DNA of 64,000 bases. Origin: Psammoneis japonica (Eukaryota). Position 1 is the stretch's first letter; each line of letters begins with the position of its first letter. A program made the position numbers and the translations under genes. Shown in pieces: positions 12,301 through 24,900 of the stretch. Location of the stretch: the NCBI GenBank assembly GCA_008632985.1, contig QPGO01000185.1, forward strand, positions 1 to 64,000, in the 5' to 3' direction. The notes under the pieces are model-generated. The model was not told the DNA's origin. It searched no databases and was given only the letters and a program-made list of their open reading frames with translations.

Positions 12301-13550
12301 TTGGTGGCAACAGGGGGGGCTTATCACCTACGAGCCTAGCGCGTGCCGTAAGGTAAGATCGTGTCCCATATTATGTCCTTTGTATCAACGGAGTTCCGTC
12401 CTCTTATACAACCTGGTTGCATTCAATATCTATCAGGTGTGGAATTGGTGCTATCGCTATATGTGGAGCAGAGAAGACAGTGGTTTTCTCGCACCAGAGA
12501 AATCCTCCCGGGAAAACGTACCCCATCGGAGCGTCCGGAGCGATCATCAGGTGAGTAGTCCTCCTTTGGATTACATATTTTTAGGTCATTCGCTGATCAC
12601 TTCTTTATTGTTTTTCAAATTCTATTAGCGATGAAATAGACCACAACGGAAGCGAATTCCTCTGTTGCTTCTTTGCGAGAGACAAACGAATGATGCTCTT
12701 TGAGCTTTCCAGCAGAACAGTCGTTGTGGAATTGCAAATGACAACGAAGCTGAATTTCTGGAGATATTTGCCGCCACAGACACATGGGCATACATTAGTG
12801 TTCATTATAGTAACGCCTGTGGGAGGCTTTCATTGGACCCCGCTAGAGGCCTCACCTCGGCCGCTTCAGGTGTGGAACCGGGGTCCGGACCTCCAAGGAA
12901 AGAAGATTATCGTCTATGAAGAAGGCGGTAGCAACGGTGTATCAGGCTCAGGGGCTAGATCAGCGGTCGCACTCTTGCTTGCTTCCGTTTCTACTTCGAA
13001 CCCAGTGGAAGCATGGATTATACCCCTTGGTGGAGATTTTGGTGGATTCTGTGTCTCAAACAATGTTTTGGGGGCTGCGTTCTGTAGTCCGAAGACGATC
13101 GAGATTGGCAGGTTTCTCCCTTATGTGTTGACAGCAACGCGGGATTTAGAAAGGAACATTATCATTGAAGTTGCAGATCTTGTTGACGATTCATCTCAAG
13201 GAACTGTAGCTGTTGGAGGCATTGTCGCCCATTTGGAACTGTCACTGACACAATTGAACGAAGTCGACTTTGTGCCACCATCATTGGCGATGGGGAGCTG
13301 GCCAGAAGTTATTTGTTGTAGTGCGGGCGACATTGTCGTTGTCGCCGTGAGACGTAAGGGATTGGTTGCAGCCTACAAATTCGATGGCGACAGTCTCGAA
13401 CTAGCAGTATGTGAGGCTGTCGGAAATTTCATTGTGGACGCAGCTGTGACCGTAGGCGGTAGAGCTGACGTTTCGGCTGAAGTAGTCCTACTGGTCTGTG
13501 ACAATGACAACAGCAAAGATGGCCGCGTCATATCGGTATTCTTGGAGTGA
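6317..13550 (+). CDS. Large multi-exon WD40 protein, TSET/TPLATE TTRAY(TWD40)-like, with a LamG/ConA-like domain and a C-terminal clathrin-terminal-domain-like propeller
   Basis: Long ORFs joined by GT-AG introns at about 7814-7901, 10507-10580, 10863-10942, 12353-12437 and 12551-12628. Motifs: IATQQRVIIADLGDLDIL, LLALRPDRIL, MLEPLV (TWD40-like); SIEFW, WNHVCL, ITEVRVW (LamG-like); FWRYL..IVTPVGGFHW..P.QVWNRGPDLQGKKIIVY (clathrin-like). Confidence 0.75.
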
Positions 13551-13718
13551 CCACGGAACCATTTGCTCTTTTCATTGTTAGTTTCAAGTTGCGAAGTTAA
13601 AATAAATGAGCGACAATTGACTGAGTGACCATGGCGTAGGAAACGTCAAGAGAATACGAACCAGATATGTGCAGCAACCGAAAAACAAGGCGTTTACTGG
13701 AAGATACGTTATCCTTTG

Positions 13719-16700
13719 TTAAAATTTCTCCATGGTGACTCCTCCATACATCATCCTCCAGTTGGTACGACCGACATCTAGCAACCTCAGGGCTTTTTCA
13801 AACGCCTCATCGATGGACTCATGCCCACCAGAGGCGTCAAAGAATGCAGACTCTTTCGATATCATGCAGAAGTCAATGCAAAGTTGAGCTTCCATGTCTT
13901 CCAGATCCATACCGATAATGATCACGTTGATAGCGGTGCCTTCCGTTTTCTCGTTGAGATCAGATATATGGAACTTGAGACCGTTCGCACAACGAAAGAA
14001 ACTGCTCCCACTGCAAAGGAAACAACAATCCACACATCGCGACCAGTCTCGTTTACATTCATAGCCGCTTCCAAGACATCTTCGATACTGCTCTGACGGC
14101 TATCGGCCTTTAAGTTCACATTCGTACTCGACACATCTGTCGGTCTGCCGACCTGCATAAGAAGTGACCGCTGTTCAACTTCCGCATTTCCTTTCGTCTG
14201 CAGGGAGAATTCGCATCCACTGCCCAGCTTTCCGTCGATGGGCAGAAGCGCAACGCTGTCATAGTCGGAACAACAATCGTCGAAAATCCTAACAAACTTT
14301 GTCGCGACGCAGCGTAGCTCGTCAGTTTCGCGTTGGTCAAAATAGAAGACTACCTTTTTTCCGGTGTCAACGCTGATCGTCTTGCACTGTCTGGACATTC
14401 CCCTCAGGTTGGAGGTGATCGCGGCCACCACGCCATCGGATTCAGTGGTGTCGAAGATATCCCGTCTAAGAATCGCCAGAAGAGCCTCCGCAGCGCTCGA
14501 GAAGGGTAACTCCAACAAAAAGCAATCTTCGATGAACATTCTCATCGCGATTCTCGCTGCCTCGCGAAAGTTTCGCTTGCACAATTCATACTGAATAACA
14601 ATATCTTCCAGTTGTTGTAGTCGTCCAATACGGCTCACTTCCTTGAACATAGGAGATGAAGGATTGTTCCATGACATAAAGAGAAGGCTCTCAGCTTCGT
14701 CAACCATGTCTTTGATCTCCCAAACATCCTCGACACCGTCATCATCAAGCAGCCCAACAAGACCTTGCAGCCTTCTTAATATCTTCTCAAAGTGTTCAGA
14801 ATCATCGTAGGAACGTGGTGGGGGTTGCAGTCACATCGTAGTTCCTGAGCCTCTCTATCGAGACATTTCGCTTTCAAAAGATCTTCATATCCGCGCTCTA
14901 CGGCATCATCAACAGCGCATGGATCATGTCTTGTGATAAGGAAGAAAAGCCCTCGGTTGAAATGACGATTGGCAAGCTGCTCTACGTAGTCTGCAAATTC
15001 GCCGTCTGTTGTGCATAGGTCGGGACCTCTTAAGTACTCTTCGAGTCCAGATTTTATTGCCTCGTCAAAGCACAGACTGCCGACATGCCAGACGCACTGG
15101 CTATTGATGAAGCAGCATCCACGACATGAATAGCGTTCCTTGTACATGGCGACCAGGGTGTTCCCAAGATTATTGGAAGCGATCGCAATCGCCTTTTTGT
15201 CTCGTAATTCTTCAAAAAGTGTTTTTGCATCGCCTAGAGCAAGATAAACAAAATCGCGGAAATGATAAGTTGAAGATGACGGAAGTGGTTTCAGCATTGT
15301 GACATAAATCAACACTTACAAAGAAATTTGTAGGACCATTGAAAATTTGCTGAAAAGAAAGCGGTATTTGAAAAGCGCAAAACTTTGTGGAGCTTAGCGA
15401 AACTGTTGTACACCTGCATAGTTTCTCTTGAGCCACCGTCCATTGGTGGTATGTCATCGATAATTCGTTTCGCGTTGATGTTGCGAACTATACCCAGCAA
15501 TATCATTACGGGCACTGTGATGGACGAAGCAATCTGAAAACCCGCAGAAACAAGGTGAGAGGCAGAATTGACGAATCAGAGGATACGGAGAGAAGCTTAC
15601 ATCATATGCGACCAGCGAAACAATGACGGCCACCACCACAATCAAAATAATCAAAGTCGTTGCGGCGGCATCGATCTCTTGCGTTACTTCGTCTTCGATT
15701 TCTTTGAAAGGCCCTTTCAATTCTAGGCTAGACACTCCAACGCCCACTGAATAAACTAGAGTGGAGGTGACTTCGACACCCCTTTGAAAATCGCTAGGCT
15801 TAACCGGGCGCGAAGTGCGGACCTTTACAGGCGCGTATGCAATGAACATTACCTCTTCCTTCCCATCCTCACTCATCCTCGTGAAGTCCGTCATGCCCTT
15901 TTCACCGGCCTTCATTACTTCAACAATGTCGCGATCAAATGCCTTCCGATTTCTAGAATGATTCTCGTCCGACGGAAGAATAAGGTCACCGATCGGTGGA
16001 GCTGTTTTCTGAAGGAAATAACCTGGCGCTTTAACTGTATCGCCTCCCAATGAATCCACTTCCGGTGTTATCACAATTTCAAAACCACCAACCTTGCTTT
16101 CGACAACGGTGGCTCGCTCTATGAACTCTGGAATGAAATCGATCGCTGTTTGCCCAACGTGTTGTCCAGTTGCCGGATCAACTAAAGCTGAAGTCGCGGT
16201 TGCGGCGACAAAATCGTCCTCGTTTCCCCGTGCTGCAAAAATATACGGAGGAGTGATATGTACTCCACTTCCAACTTCCGACGTGCCTTTTCGTTTACCC
16301 TGTGCATACCAGTCTCTACAACGACAATCATACCCATACTTCCCAAGCGGACAAAGCTCTCCGCCTATAACAGAAGCTCTGTTCTCGTTCGTTGAACGAA
16401 AGTGTGCTGACTGGGTGTAGGAGTATGCGCAGCCGCCCCAACCAGTCAACATTCCGTCGGCTTCAAGGCCAACGTACATTGCAAGGTGATTATTCCTGGA
16501 AGACCCCCCGCAGTAATTGTACACCGGAAACTGCACAACGGCAGCCGCTGAAAGAACCCGCACACGATCATAAGTGGATTTGTAACCTGCAGCAAATTCT
16601 CCTTTTCCTGAACCGGGCATGTCTGCAATCGACGTCCACCACTCTGTCGACTCAGGGCTGAAATCCGCCAAGGGAAAGCTTGTCTTATTGCGCGAGCCTG

Positions 16701-19278
16701 TCACAGGATCTGCATCCTGTGACTGGCCAGAAAAGAATCCTCTCTGTAGCGGCCGGGTGCTGTCGCTGAACTGTCTACAGTGTACCCCATGACTGTCTGC
16801 CCATGCGCAGTCACAGGGCGATCTTGAAACGTTCAAGTAAAAAGGGCAGCTTCCGTCAGGAGGGAAGCTTTTGCACTCTTCCGTAGCTTCATCTAGTTCC
16901 GTGAAACCGGTCGAGCGATCAAGACCGCTAAAAAGCAGCCACCCTGTGAATCGTGTGTAGATATGGAGGTCGCGAATCGGTGCCATCATTGCTTCTTCCA
17001 TGAAATGGGCTCTAGTTGTCACAGTCGTAACGATCTCCTCCTTTTCGAGCAACACAGACGATTCAGCAACATCCTCGAGCCACGTCGGTTGCACGGTAGT
17101 TATGTCAAGTATGACCACAGTGCAAATAGCGGCCATTGTCACTAGCAGCGGTATCACAATTAAAACAACAATCCACCGAAATAAGGGAGAAGCAAAAACG
17201 TTCCTGTGGGTGCTAAGAAGGGCCCGAAAATAAAATCTCGTTTGTTCATCTCGCAAAGTATCCTCCCCCTTCGCGACGTTAGATCCGGTGTTTAGCCTAC
17301 CCACAGGGGGGACACATTCATCACTTGTTCTTTGAGTTTCCCCGTCGTTTCCATGGAGGTCGGAATTAATCTCTTGTTCTGAAGCTGTCGACGGCATGTC
17401 GGAGCTCCTGAGGGTCATCGCCTCACTGCCCTCTATAGTGTACAGCTGCTGAAACACGCCATGCCACTCCATCGTATTTGGTATCTCATAAACCGTGCGT
17501 CGAGCTACCATAGCAGCTCCATCACCAGAAAAGCCGCTAATCATTGCACGAAACTCGTTGACCAAATCAGTGATTTCTGTCTTTGGACTACAACGAAAGA
17601 GTGGATCCTTGTCTTCGAATCCTTCCGCGTCAGTGGAATTGATGTCGGCTATGTTTACAATCCGAAAAGCGGCGCGCTCCATCCATCGTAAAGGTCGAGT
17701 CAGAACATTTGAAAACACCCAAATAACACACAGGACAACAGAAAGCCCTACAAAACCTATCACAAGAGTGCTCCAGATCAGTGTATTCACGTCGCCATCG
17801 ATAGCCGAGTCAGTCCTGTCGACGGCTTCTAGGACTTCACCACCAACCGACGAAACAATAATAAACTCTGGCACGTAGCTCGGATCGTATTCGGAGGGAG
17901 GGAGCGGGAGCGGAGAAATGGATATAAGGCTGCCGTCATACTCAAATGTGTTGGATACAAAAGCATCAACAACCTGCTGCGGTGACCACACCTTGTCAAA
18001 GTCTACTCGAGACACAATCTCCTCGTGTGTAATACCCACTTTGAGGTCTGAGAAAGACATCGTTTCTTCTGCGGTAGTCGTATTCCACTGAGAAGATGAT
18101 ACAACTGTCCCATCGTCCCATCGAATTAGTGTTAAACTCGTATCGGAGACATTACCTCCAATCTTGACGCCATCGAGAATAGTTTCAATTCTTGAAATTG
18201 ACACATCCAACAAAGTGCAGCAGAGGAACTCTCCTGTCAGTCGGTCAAACGCGGCTCTACCGAATGTGATCAGCCACAAATCTTTCCGAAAAGCATCAAG
18301 ATATGGCCCAACACTGATAGTTCTGCCAGGGTTCAAAGCTTGGTCACGACACCAGCCACGCTCCAATGGATTGTACTCGCGACTTGGCACAACTTCATTT
18401 GCTTTGTGACATCTTGCAATTTCTTCATCGGATCCCAGTGGCCGCCCAGTCCGTTTGTTAACGGCTTTCATCCAAGCACAACCAATGGAGGTAAAAGAGG
18501 ATGTACCATCTCTCACTTCGGCTGGATAAGCAACGAAGCTACCTGCCCCAGAGTTTGAGAAGTAGACACCAGCAATCTTGACGTCACCATGACTCTCGTA
18601 CATTGGTTTTAGAACGGACAGAAGATCCGCACTCTTCTCCGCAAGCATTGCATTTGTCGAGGTTGGCTGAACTACCCCTCCGGTTTCGAGGTTGTTGTTT
18701 TCGTCAGTACACCCAGGATAGAATGCCCTTGCGGTTTCATTTGTTTCTGATGGGTCGCAAACTCCTTGCATGAAATAATGAGCATGTCCCGTGCTTAGAG
18801 GAAAGGAATAGAATGATATTCTCTCCTGAACGTGTTCCTCGTGATTTTCCAAGTCTACAGTACCAGAGACGTTCCATTCAACTAGAGGCGGCGAAGAGCG
18901 CAGGGGATAAACGTTCTTTCCTGTTTCCATGTCTCGAAATGGCACGTGAGAATCGTTCTCAAAGTCATCGGGGTATCCTACGAATCGATCTAGAGCTGCT
19001 TCCTCGATGATAGATGCAACACTTCCAAAGTTGTGGAATTTCTGTGAGACTGTTTCAGCGACAACTTCTGTTGAGGTACCGAGGTTCCTAATCACCTGCT
19101 GTTTCAGCGACGATCGAGCGTGCGATTTGACGCTTTCGCCGCTTGATTTCACAGTGAGCGTTGCGATTATCATTACCACAGCAATGGCAAGAATACTAGT
19201 AGCTCCAAATGATACCAGAAGTTGTCGTCGAAGCGAGTATTGTGGCTTGACACATGTTGCTTGAAGAATCCGGCTCAT
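13719..19278 (-). CDS. Membrane receptor-like protein with two TM-Cache-TM modules and a cytoplasmic TPR-like tail
   Basis: 1309-aa ORF with hydrophobic spans flanking two Cache-like regions (YNPLERGW..GPYLDA; YDCRCRDWY..TPPYIFA) and HAMP-like LTRPLRWM..TEITDLVNEF. Continues after introns near 15535-15600 and 15265-15320 into ORFs down to 13719, with frameshifts. Confidence 0.7.
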
Positions 19279-19554
19279 CTTGATATCATCGTCGAGGCAC
19301 CGCTTCTTTTTTTGTGTGTGTGTGTCTTCTTTCTTCTCTCCGGGCACCTGGTGAGTGCGCGGCATTAAGTGTGGTGTTCGCATAGTACGTCATGTGGCTA
19401 TAATGAAAAGTATCAAAAGGCTAAAGTACCCTATGTTCTGTATTGTTATACCGGTAGATAGATAGCACTACATAAAAAATGCCTACGTCACGATAATAAA
19501 CTACTTGAAGCACACCCACATCACAGATAGCCACCAAAACTGAACGAATGCGCA

Positions 19555-21273
19555 ATGGCGGCGTCGACTACACTCCGGACTTGTCATTGTCTTGCTACTT
19601 CTTATGGATACCCCACAAAAATGAAGAGTGATGAGCGGGCGCTGAGCTGTAAACATTCAAGAACTTTGCGTAGGAGAGCTATTGCGTACGCTTTCGTTGC
19701 TTCCTGCGTGGTTGATGCTACGCAAAACAAGAAAGACACCACTTGCGGATTCAAATCTTTTCGTTGTGGAAGGCTTACCACGTCTAGTTCAATGTTTTCG
19801 GATTGGCATCATTTTCTCGCAGGCTATCGAGGCGGAACTTGCGGCATCGGCGAAAATGATGACCTTTTCTTGAACGATCAACCGACTCCTCGGTCCGAGA
19901 ATTCCGAAGAAAACTCTAGCGCTGTGGACCAAAAAACAGCGCAAGGACCATCACTTCCTCAACCCCCCAATGAATTCTCCGATGACTATCCGCCAGTGCC
20001 AGATGATTTCTCTACAGATCTCGGAACTCGCCTAACAAGCACATCTCTCTCCAATTTCACTGAATCTCAGCATGAGTTCATATCTGAACAACCTCCAAGT
20101 GATCTGCTAGTCGAGGAGGAGGAGGTGGATGACACGGAGCAGCTGTCAAAGGCCTCTATTGTCTATCGCTTCTTTGGACGAAAGCGTGTCCGGAATCATA
20201 GATCCGAATCCCTTCCCTTCCTTTTACTTGGACCGTGTGTGGATCACTGGAAGTCCGTTGGTCTGCTTCTGGCATCGCGTGGCTTTGACGTAATGGCATG
20301 TGAGATTGTCAACAGGCAAATAAGCAACAACCCGGACAGCAATTTGAATACCCAGCAAAATGATGATGGAGGCAAAGAGGATACTGTTATTTCCATACTA
20401 GATGCACTCCGATGGAAGAAGGCAGTTCTGGTTGGCTGTGACCAGGAAGCTGAATTGGCTATACGGACTGCTCTGCGGTTTGCACCTGAAAGAATCGCAG
20501 GGCTAGTACTCTGCGGCGAGCTCTCATCAGTAGGCAATATTCCGAATCCATCAACTGATGTGAACAATCCCTTTTCGTTTGATACCTATCTCGCGAGTAA
20601 CTTGGGCTGTCCCTTTGAGGTCATTTGGGATGGGGATATGAGACCGGTGTCGAAACGAAATCCGAGACCGATCGGGGAGAAGCGTGGCATCAATCGCTGT
20701 ATGATTCTTGGTGGAGGAATAAGTCCCCATCGTCGTCTTCCGGAGCAGTTTTCATGGGTGTTGACGCGGTTTGTCGAGGATAAGGTTGCTCCGAGACAAA
20801 TGACGAATGAAGATGTCCGGATTAGAGACAGAAGTGCTTCCTCTAATCGACACAGCAGACGGTTATGGTCCGCCTTCTTCAGCCAAGTACTCGGTCCCTC
20901 CACTTCTTTAGTTGCTGGACGGATTGTCGCCCGAGCAATATTGTTCACTACCGCCTTGCGGGTGTCGTTATGTCAATACGAAAACGCACGTACCGGGTTA
21001 AGCAGTTTGAAGTGCAGGTACAAAAGTTTGTCCTTGTGGAGAAAGCATGTTATTCAGTCATTTCCTCTATTCTTTCATCAGAGTTGGGGATCTTGGCCAC
21101 GCTTATTTTTAGGCAGACCTGGGAAGGTCAACAGGGATTTCGTGGAAACCAAAGCCGGTCTAAAATTTGATAAGTCAAAAACTTGCGATGAGGAGAATAA
21201 CAAATTGGGCGAATCTCAACGAGACGGGGAATCGAAAAGAAAGCTCGCGTATCTTGACAGAGTGGTCGCATGA
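19555..21273 (+). CDS. Alpha/beta-hydrolase-fold-like protein
   Basis: 572-aa ORF with DHWKSVGLLLASRGFDVMA and ILDALRWKKAVLVG..ALRFAPERIAGLVL, typical of the fold. No canonical GxSxG nucleophile. Confidence 0.7.
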   Translation: MAASTTLRTCHCLATSYGYPTKMKSDERALSCKHSRTLRRRAIAYAFVASCVVDATQNKKDTTCGFKSFRCGRLTTSSSMFSDWHHFLAGYRGGTCGIGENDDLFLNDQPTPRSENSEENSSAVDQKTAQGPSLPQPPNEFSDDYPPVPDDFSTDLGTRLTSTSLSNFTESQHEFISEQPPSDLLVEEEEVDDTEQLSKASIVYRFFGRKRVRNHRSESLPFLLLGPCVDHWKSVGLLLASRGFDVMACEIVNRQISNNPDSNLNTQQNDDGGKEDTVISILDALRWKKAVLVGCDQEAELAIRTALRFAPERIAGLVLCGELSSVGNIPNPSTDVNNPFSFDTYLASNLGCPFEVIWDGDMRPVSKRNPRPIGEKRGINRCMILGGGISPHRRLPEQFSWVLTRFVEDKVAPRQMTNEDVRIRDRSASSNRHSRRLWSAFFSQVLGPSTSLVAGRIVARAILFTTALRVSLCQYENARTGLSSLKCRYKSLSLWRKHVIQSFPLFFHQSWGSWPRLFLGRPGKVNRDFVETKAGLKFDKSKTCDEENNKLGESQRDGESKRKLAYLDRVVA

Positions 21274-21924
21274 AGAGCTGCCTGACATGTGCAAAATGCC
21301 TGCGTATTTCTATCAGAAGCGGCCTTTGCGATGCGACGACAAGTCTCGAAAGGGTTTTGAGTTATTTTCAATTTGGTCCTCTTCTTTCTCGTCTGTTCGT
21401 GTTTCTCCCATTCAGGAATGTACATTTTTTACTCTTGTGTATGTATACAAGTCATAAAAGATTTAACTTTGTATTCATCATCTAACACAAATTTTATTGA
21501 AAACCCTAATGAATCAATGTTTCGAAATTGATAAATAAAATGTTTCAACACTGAATAAAAATTTGGCGGGAAAGAATAGAATGCGTGCGCGTGCGTGCCG
21601 GCTTTTCGTGTCCTTTGCTTTGTTTCTGCTTTTTGGAGCTTTGCGTGTCAATGTCGGCGCTGTCGCTGTTGTCGCTGTCACTTTCGCCTTTCGCACTCGA
21701 TCGATTGTGGAGAAGCATCTTCATTTTCCTAAGCATATATCTCCTGGTCTCACTCTTGATCTCGTGCTTTTTGTGTATTGGATCGAAGTTGCAAGTCGTG
21801 ACTGTTGCGTTACACGGAAAATTCTGTGGTTAGCAAGAGCGACAGACGAAGGTTACCAACCTAGAAGAGCTGAACACGAACTCGCAATCGATTCGAATCG
21901 CTTCAATTATTTCTTCCCGGGACC

Positions 21925-24900
21925 ATGGATGCTGAGGAGCCTAGCAACGAAACAGAAAGGTGCGAAGATCACTCAATATCACAGCTTATGCCGTTGGAGG
22001 ATGTTGAGAAGATGGAGGATTTCGATATGAAACTGGCACCGCCTGAGTCAAGTCATTTGCCCTCAAGACAAGGGGGGTACGACTACAACAGTAGTCAGGA
22101 GCTTAGCTTCGATAGTCCTGGCCAGAGCTTTAGAGTGAATGGGAGCAACGAAATGGGGTCACCCAGTAGAAGTCAAAGGTCGCATAATAGCGATGCGAAC
22201 AGTCGCCCGGGAGACGATGATCTAGCTGATTTTTGCATCCTGTTTAGAAATCAGGATGCCAATGACAAGGAACGTGCAAGCGTTGGCACTCCAGTCGGTG
22301 GTCATTCGTTCTTACTTATGCAGAACGAGCGGTCTGACGTTGACGGTGGAGGTGGAGGCCTTGATGTTGAATCCTTAGACGACGGTCCCTTCCAGCGGCC
22401 ACAAAGCCTTCAAGCAGACGACGGTAAAACAGACGAGTCCCATGAAGACTCATCGACGCCCGAAGTTGACGATGAGACAGAAGCATCGCCCAGAGCTCCA
22501 ACCAAGAAAGAAGTGTCATCTCAGTCGAGTCCGTCTGCTTGCGACTCTACTAAAGCTTCCGCACAAATCAATGTATCACCATGCTGTGCAAATCCTCAAT
22601 CTCCTGCGGGTTCTGAGCCTGGATCCCCCTCGAGAACGAAGTCTAAAGAGGGATCCTTAGCGAAAGTAGATGGGAAGCAAAGTAAGGTGCGAGGAAAGGA
22701 TCTTCTGTTGAAGGTGGCAAGTCCATCATTATTGACCTTAACTCCGGGCCAAGAAACGCTTGTTTCGCCTGTGGCGAGGGCTTTGGCTTGCCAGAAACGC
22801 GTTCTACCTTGCGGTGGTGGAGGTTCGGGCGATGCGACCAGCTCACCGGTCATCTCGCCTGCACCAGATGTCAGTCCCGTGATTCCGACGCCTGCCCCCG
22901 TTCCAAGGCAGCTTTCCGGACAAACTGCAGAGCAAATTGACAGGAATGACGTGGCGTCAATACTCTCCAAGCTCCACGAGTTATCTCCATGTGTTTCCCC
23001 GGGTGTTTCCCACGGTACAACCGTTGATGGAAACACTACCCTAGCCTTTCCCACTACATTCAGCCCAAGAGCAAAGAAGCTGAAGCCGTCCGTGTCTGCC
23101 AAGGTGCTCCCTCTATCGTCAAAGAAATCTCAAAGTACAGGTGGCGGTCCCCCAGTGGCTTCGAGCCCGGATTCAACCGACCCACCCTCGCACGAAGAGA
23201 CAGGCAAAAGGGGCTCGCAAGGCGTCGGCGATGAGGTGTCTTCCCGTGCTACTCAGAAAGGATCTGCAGTCGAATCGACGGATGCGACTGCCGGTAGGCA
23301 GTCCGGAAAATCCGAGGCAGCTTACACTTCTTCTCAAATGGCGGCGAAAGGAATTTCTACTGCAGCGAATTCTACAGATCCCGATAAAGCTGGCAAGCAG
23401 ACAAGCACATTTGTGCCAGCGGAGGTATCTGAATCAACCCAGAATGACTCCGGGGATTCAGACCAAGTTGTGACGGATACCGATATAGCCGCACCCCTTC
23501 CATCCGAGGATAGAACGCATTCGGAAGCATCGACCTCGGAGACAAGTGCGAAACGCTCTTTGGTTGCAGAGAGAGCGAATGCAGAGGCGAAACCCAAGGC
23601 ATCCGATGCCGATGACTCATATAAATCACCGGCTATTATGGCGGGGGGTGATTGTCCGCAAAACGCAACTGAGAGGAAGGAAACCGATTCGCCTTTGCAT
23701 GAGCATGAAATGGAAGTTGCATCTTCGACTGAGCATGAAGAGCCAGATGAAGGGAGTTTCGTGCAAGACCATTTAGAAGGATCCGGTTTCCCTCAAGATT
23801 CAGATGATCAAGATTCGTCTTCCGATTCAGATGATGAATCGGAAAGCGGCGAGGCTTACTTGCGTCGAGTTAACAAGAGAAGGCGAGCGAATAGGGATCT
23901 AATGAATTCCATATTTGGTTATCCAGCCCAAAGATCGCCACGTGACGCTCAATCGACAAGGGAGGAAAGCTCCATCGACGAATCGCGCTCACCCAAGATC
24001 AAGCCGTTATCAAAGACCCCTGGTATGTTATTTTCAGTCAACAATTCGAGCGATACTCTAAGCTCGGACTCAGAAGAATGCGTATCCGACATCTATGATC
24101 ACCTGTACTCTCTTTACCCCTATCGCGACAAAGAAATCGAGCTACTCTGTAGCTTGATGGAGACATCGATTCGACAGGTGAATGCGTTCAAGTACAGCAG
24201 AACAATATACACTCCAGCTCCCATTTTTGTTTCAGGACCCAGCGGCACTGGAAAGACGTCGGTGGTTCTTGACATTTTGAAGACGTTGAAAAAAGTCAAT
24301 AAAACCCGTGAATCACCCTGGAAGTCGCAGGACAACGCCTCAACTATCCCTTTGATTGGAAGCGCCTACGTGAACTGCGCAACGGTGGCTCCGGGGTCCA
24401 TTGACACAATCGTAGAAAGTGCGTTTGGACAATTGGTTGAAGATGTTCGGAGTCCCGAGGCGCAGAGTGTCCGTCGCCGAGAAAAACAGAAATCGAAAAT
24501 ACCTCGCCGGCGGAAACGTCCTCGTAGTGAAATTGGAAGCGACATGCACGATTCCGACACAGATAGTGAGGGAGACATGGAGGACATGATTGAAGCCGAG
24601 AGAACAAGAAGCACGAAGGGTGTCGAGCTGGCTTCGAAAGGTTTAGAGAGGAAGGCGAAGACTGTGTCTTTGCGGTCTCGTGGTGTAGTTGGTGGAGAGA
24701 GGCAAGTGGATGGAGCGACACGGAAGGTAAAGGAACGAACATCACTGCACGCAGTGCCTATGGCATTTGGCCGTGCTCTGTTGCCTTTCTTTAGAACGGA
24801 CGCACCTTTGACGGAGCCAAGAGGCTGTGGGTTTTTGGTGCTTGACAATGGTGATGCGTTGCTTTCGTTGTCGTCTTCAGCGTCCGAAAGGAACAATTTT

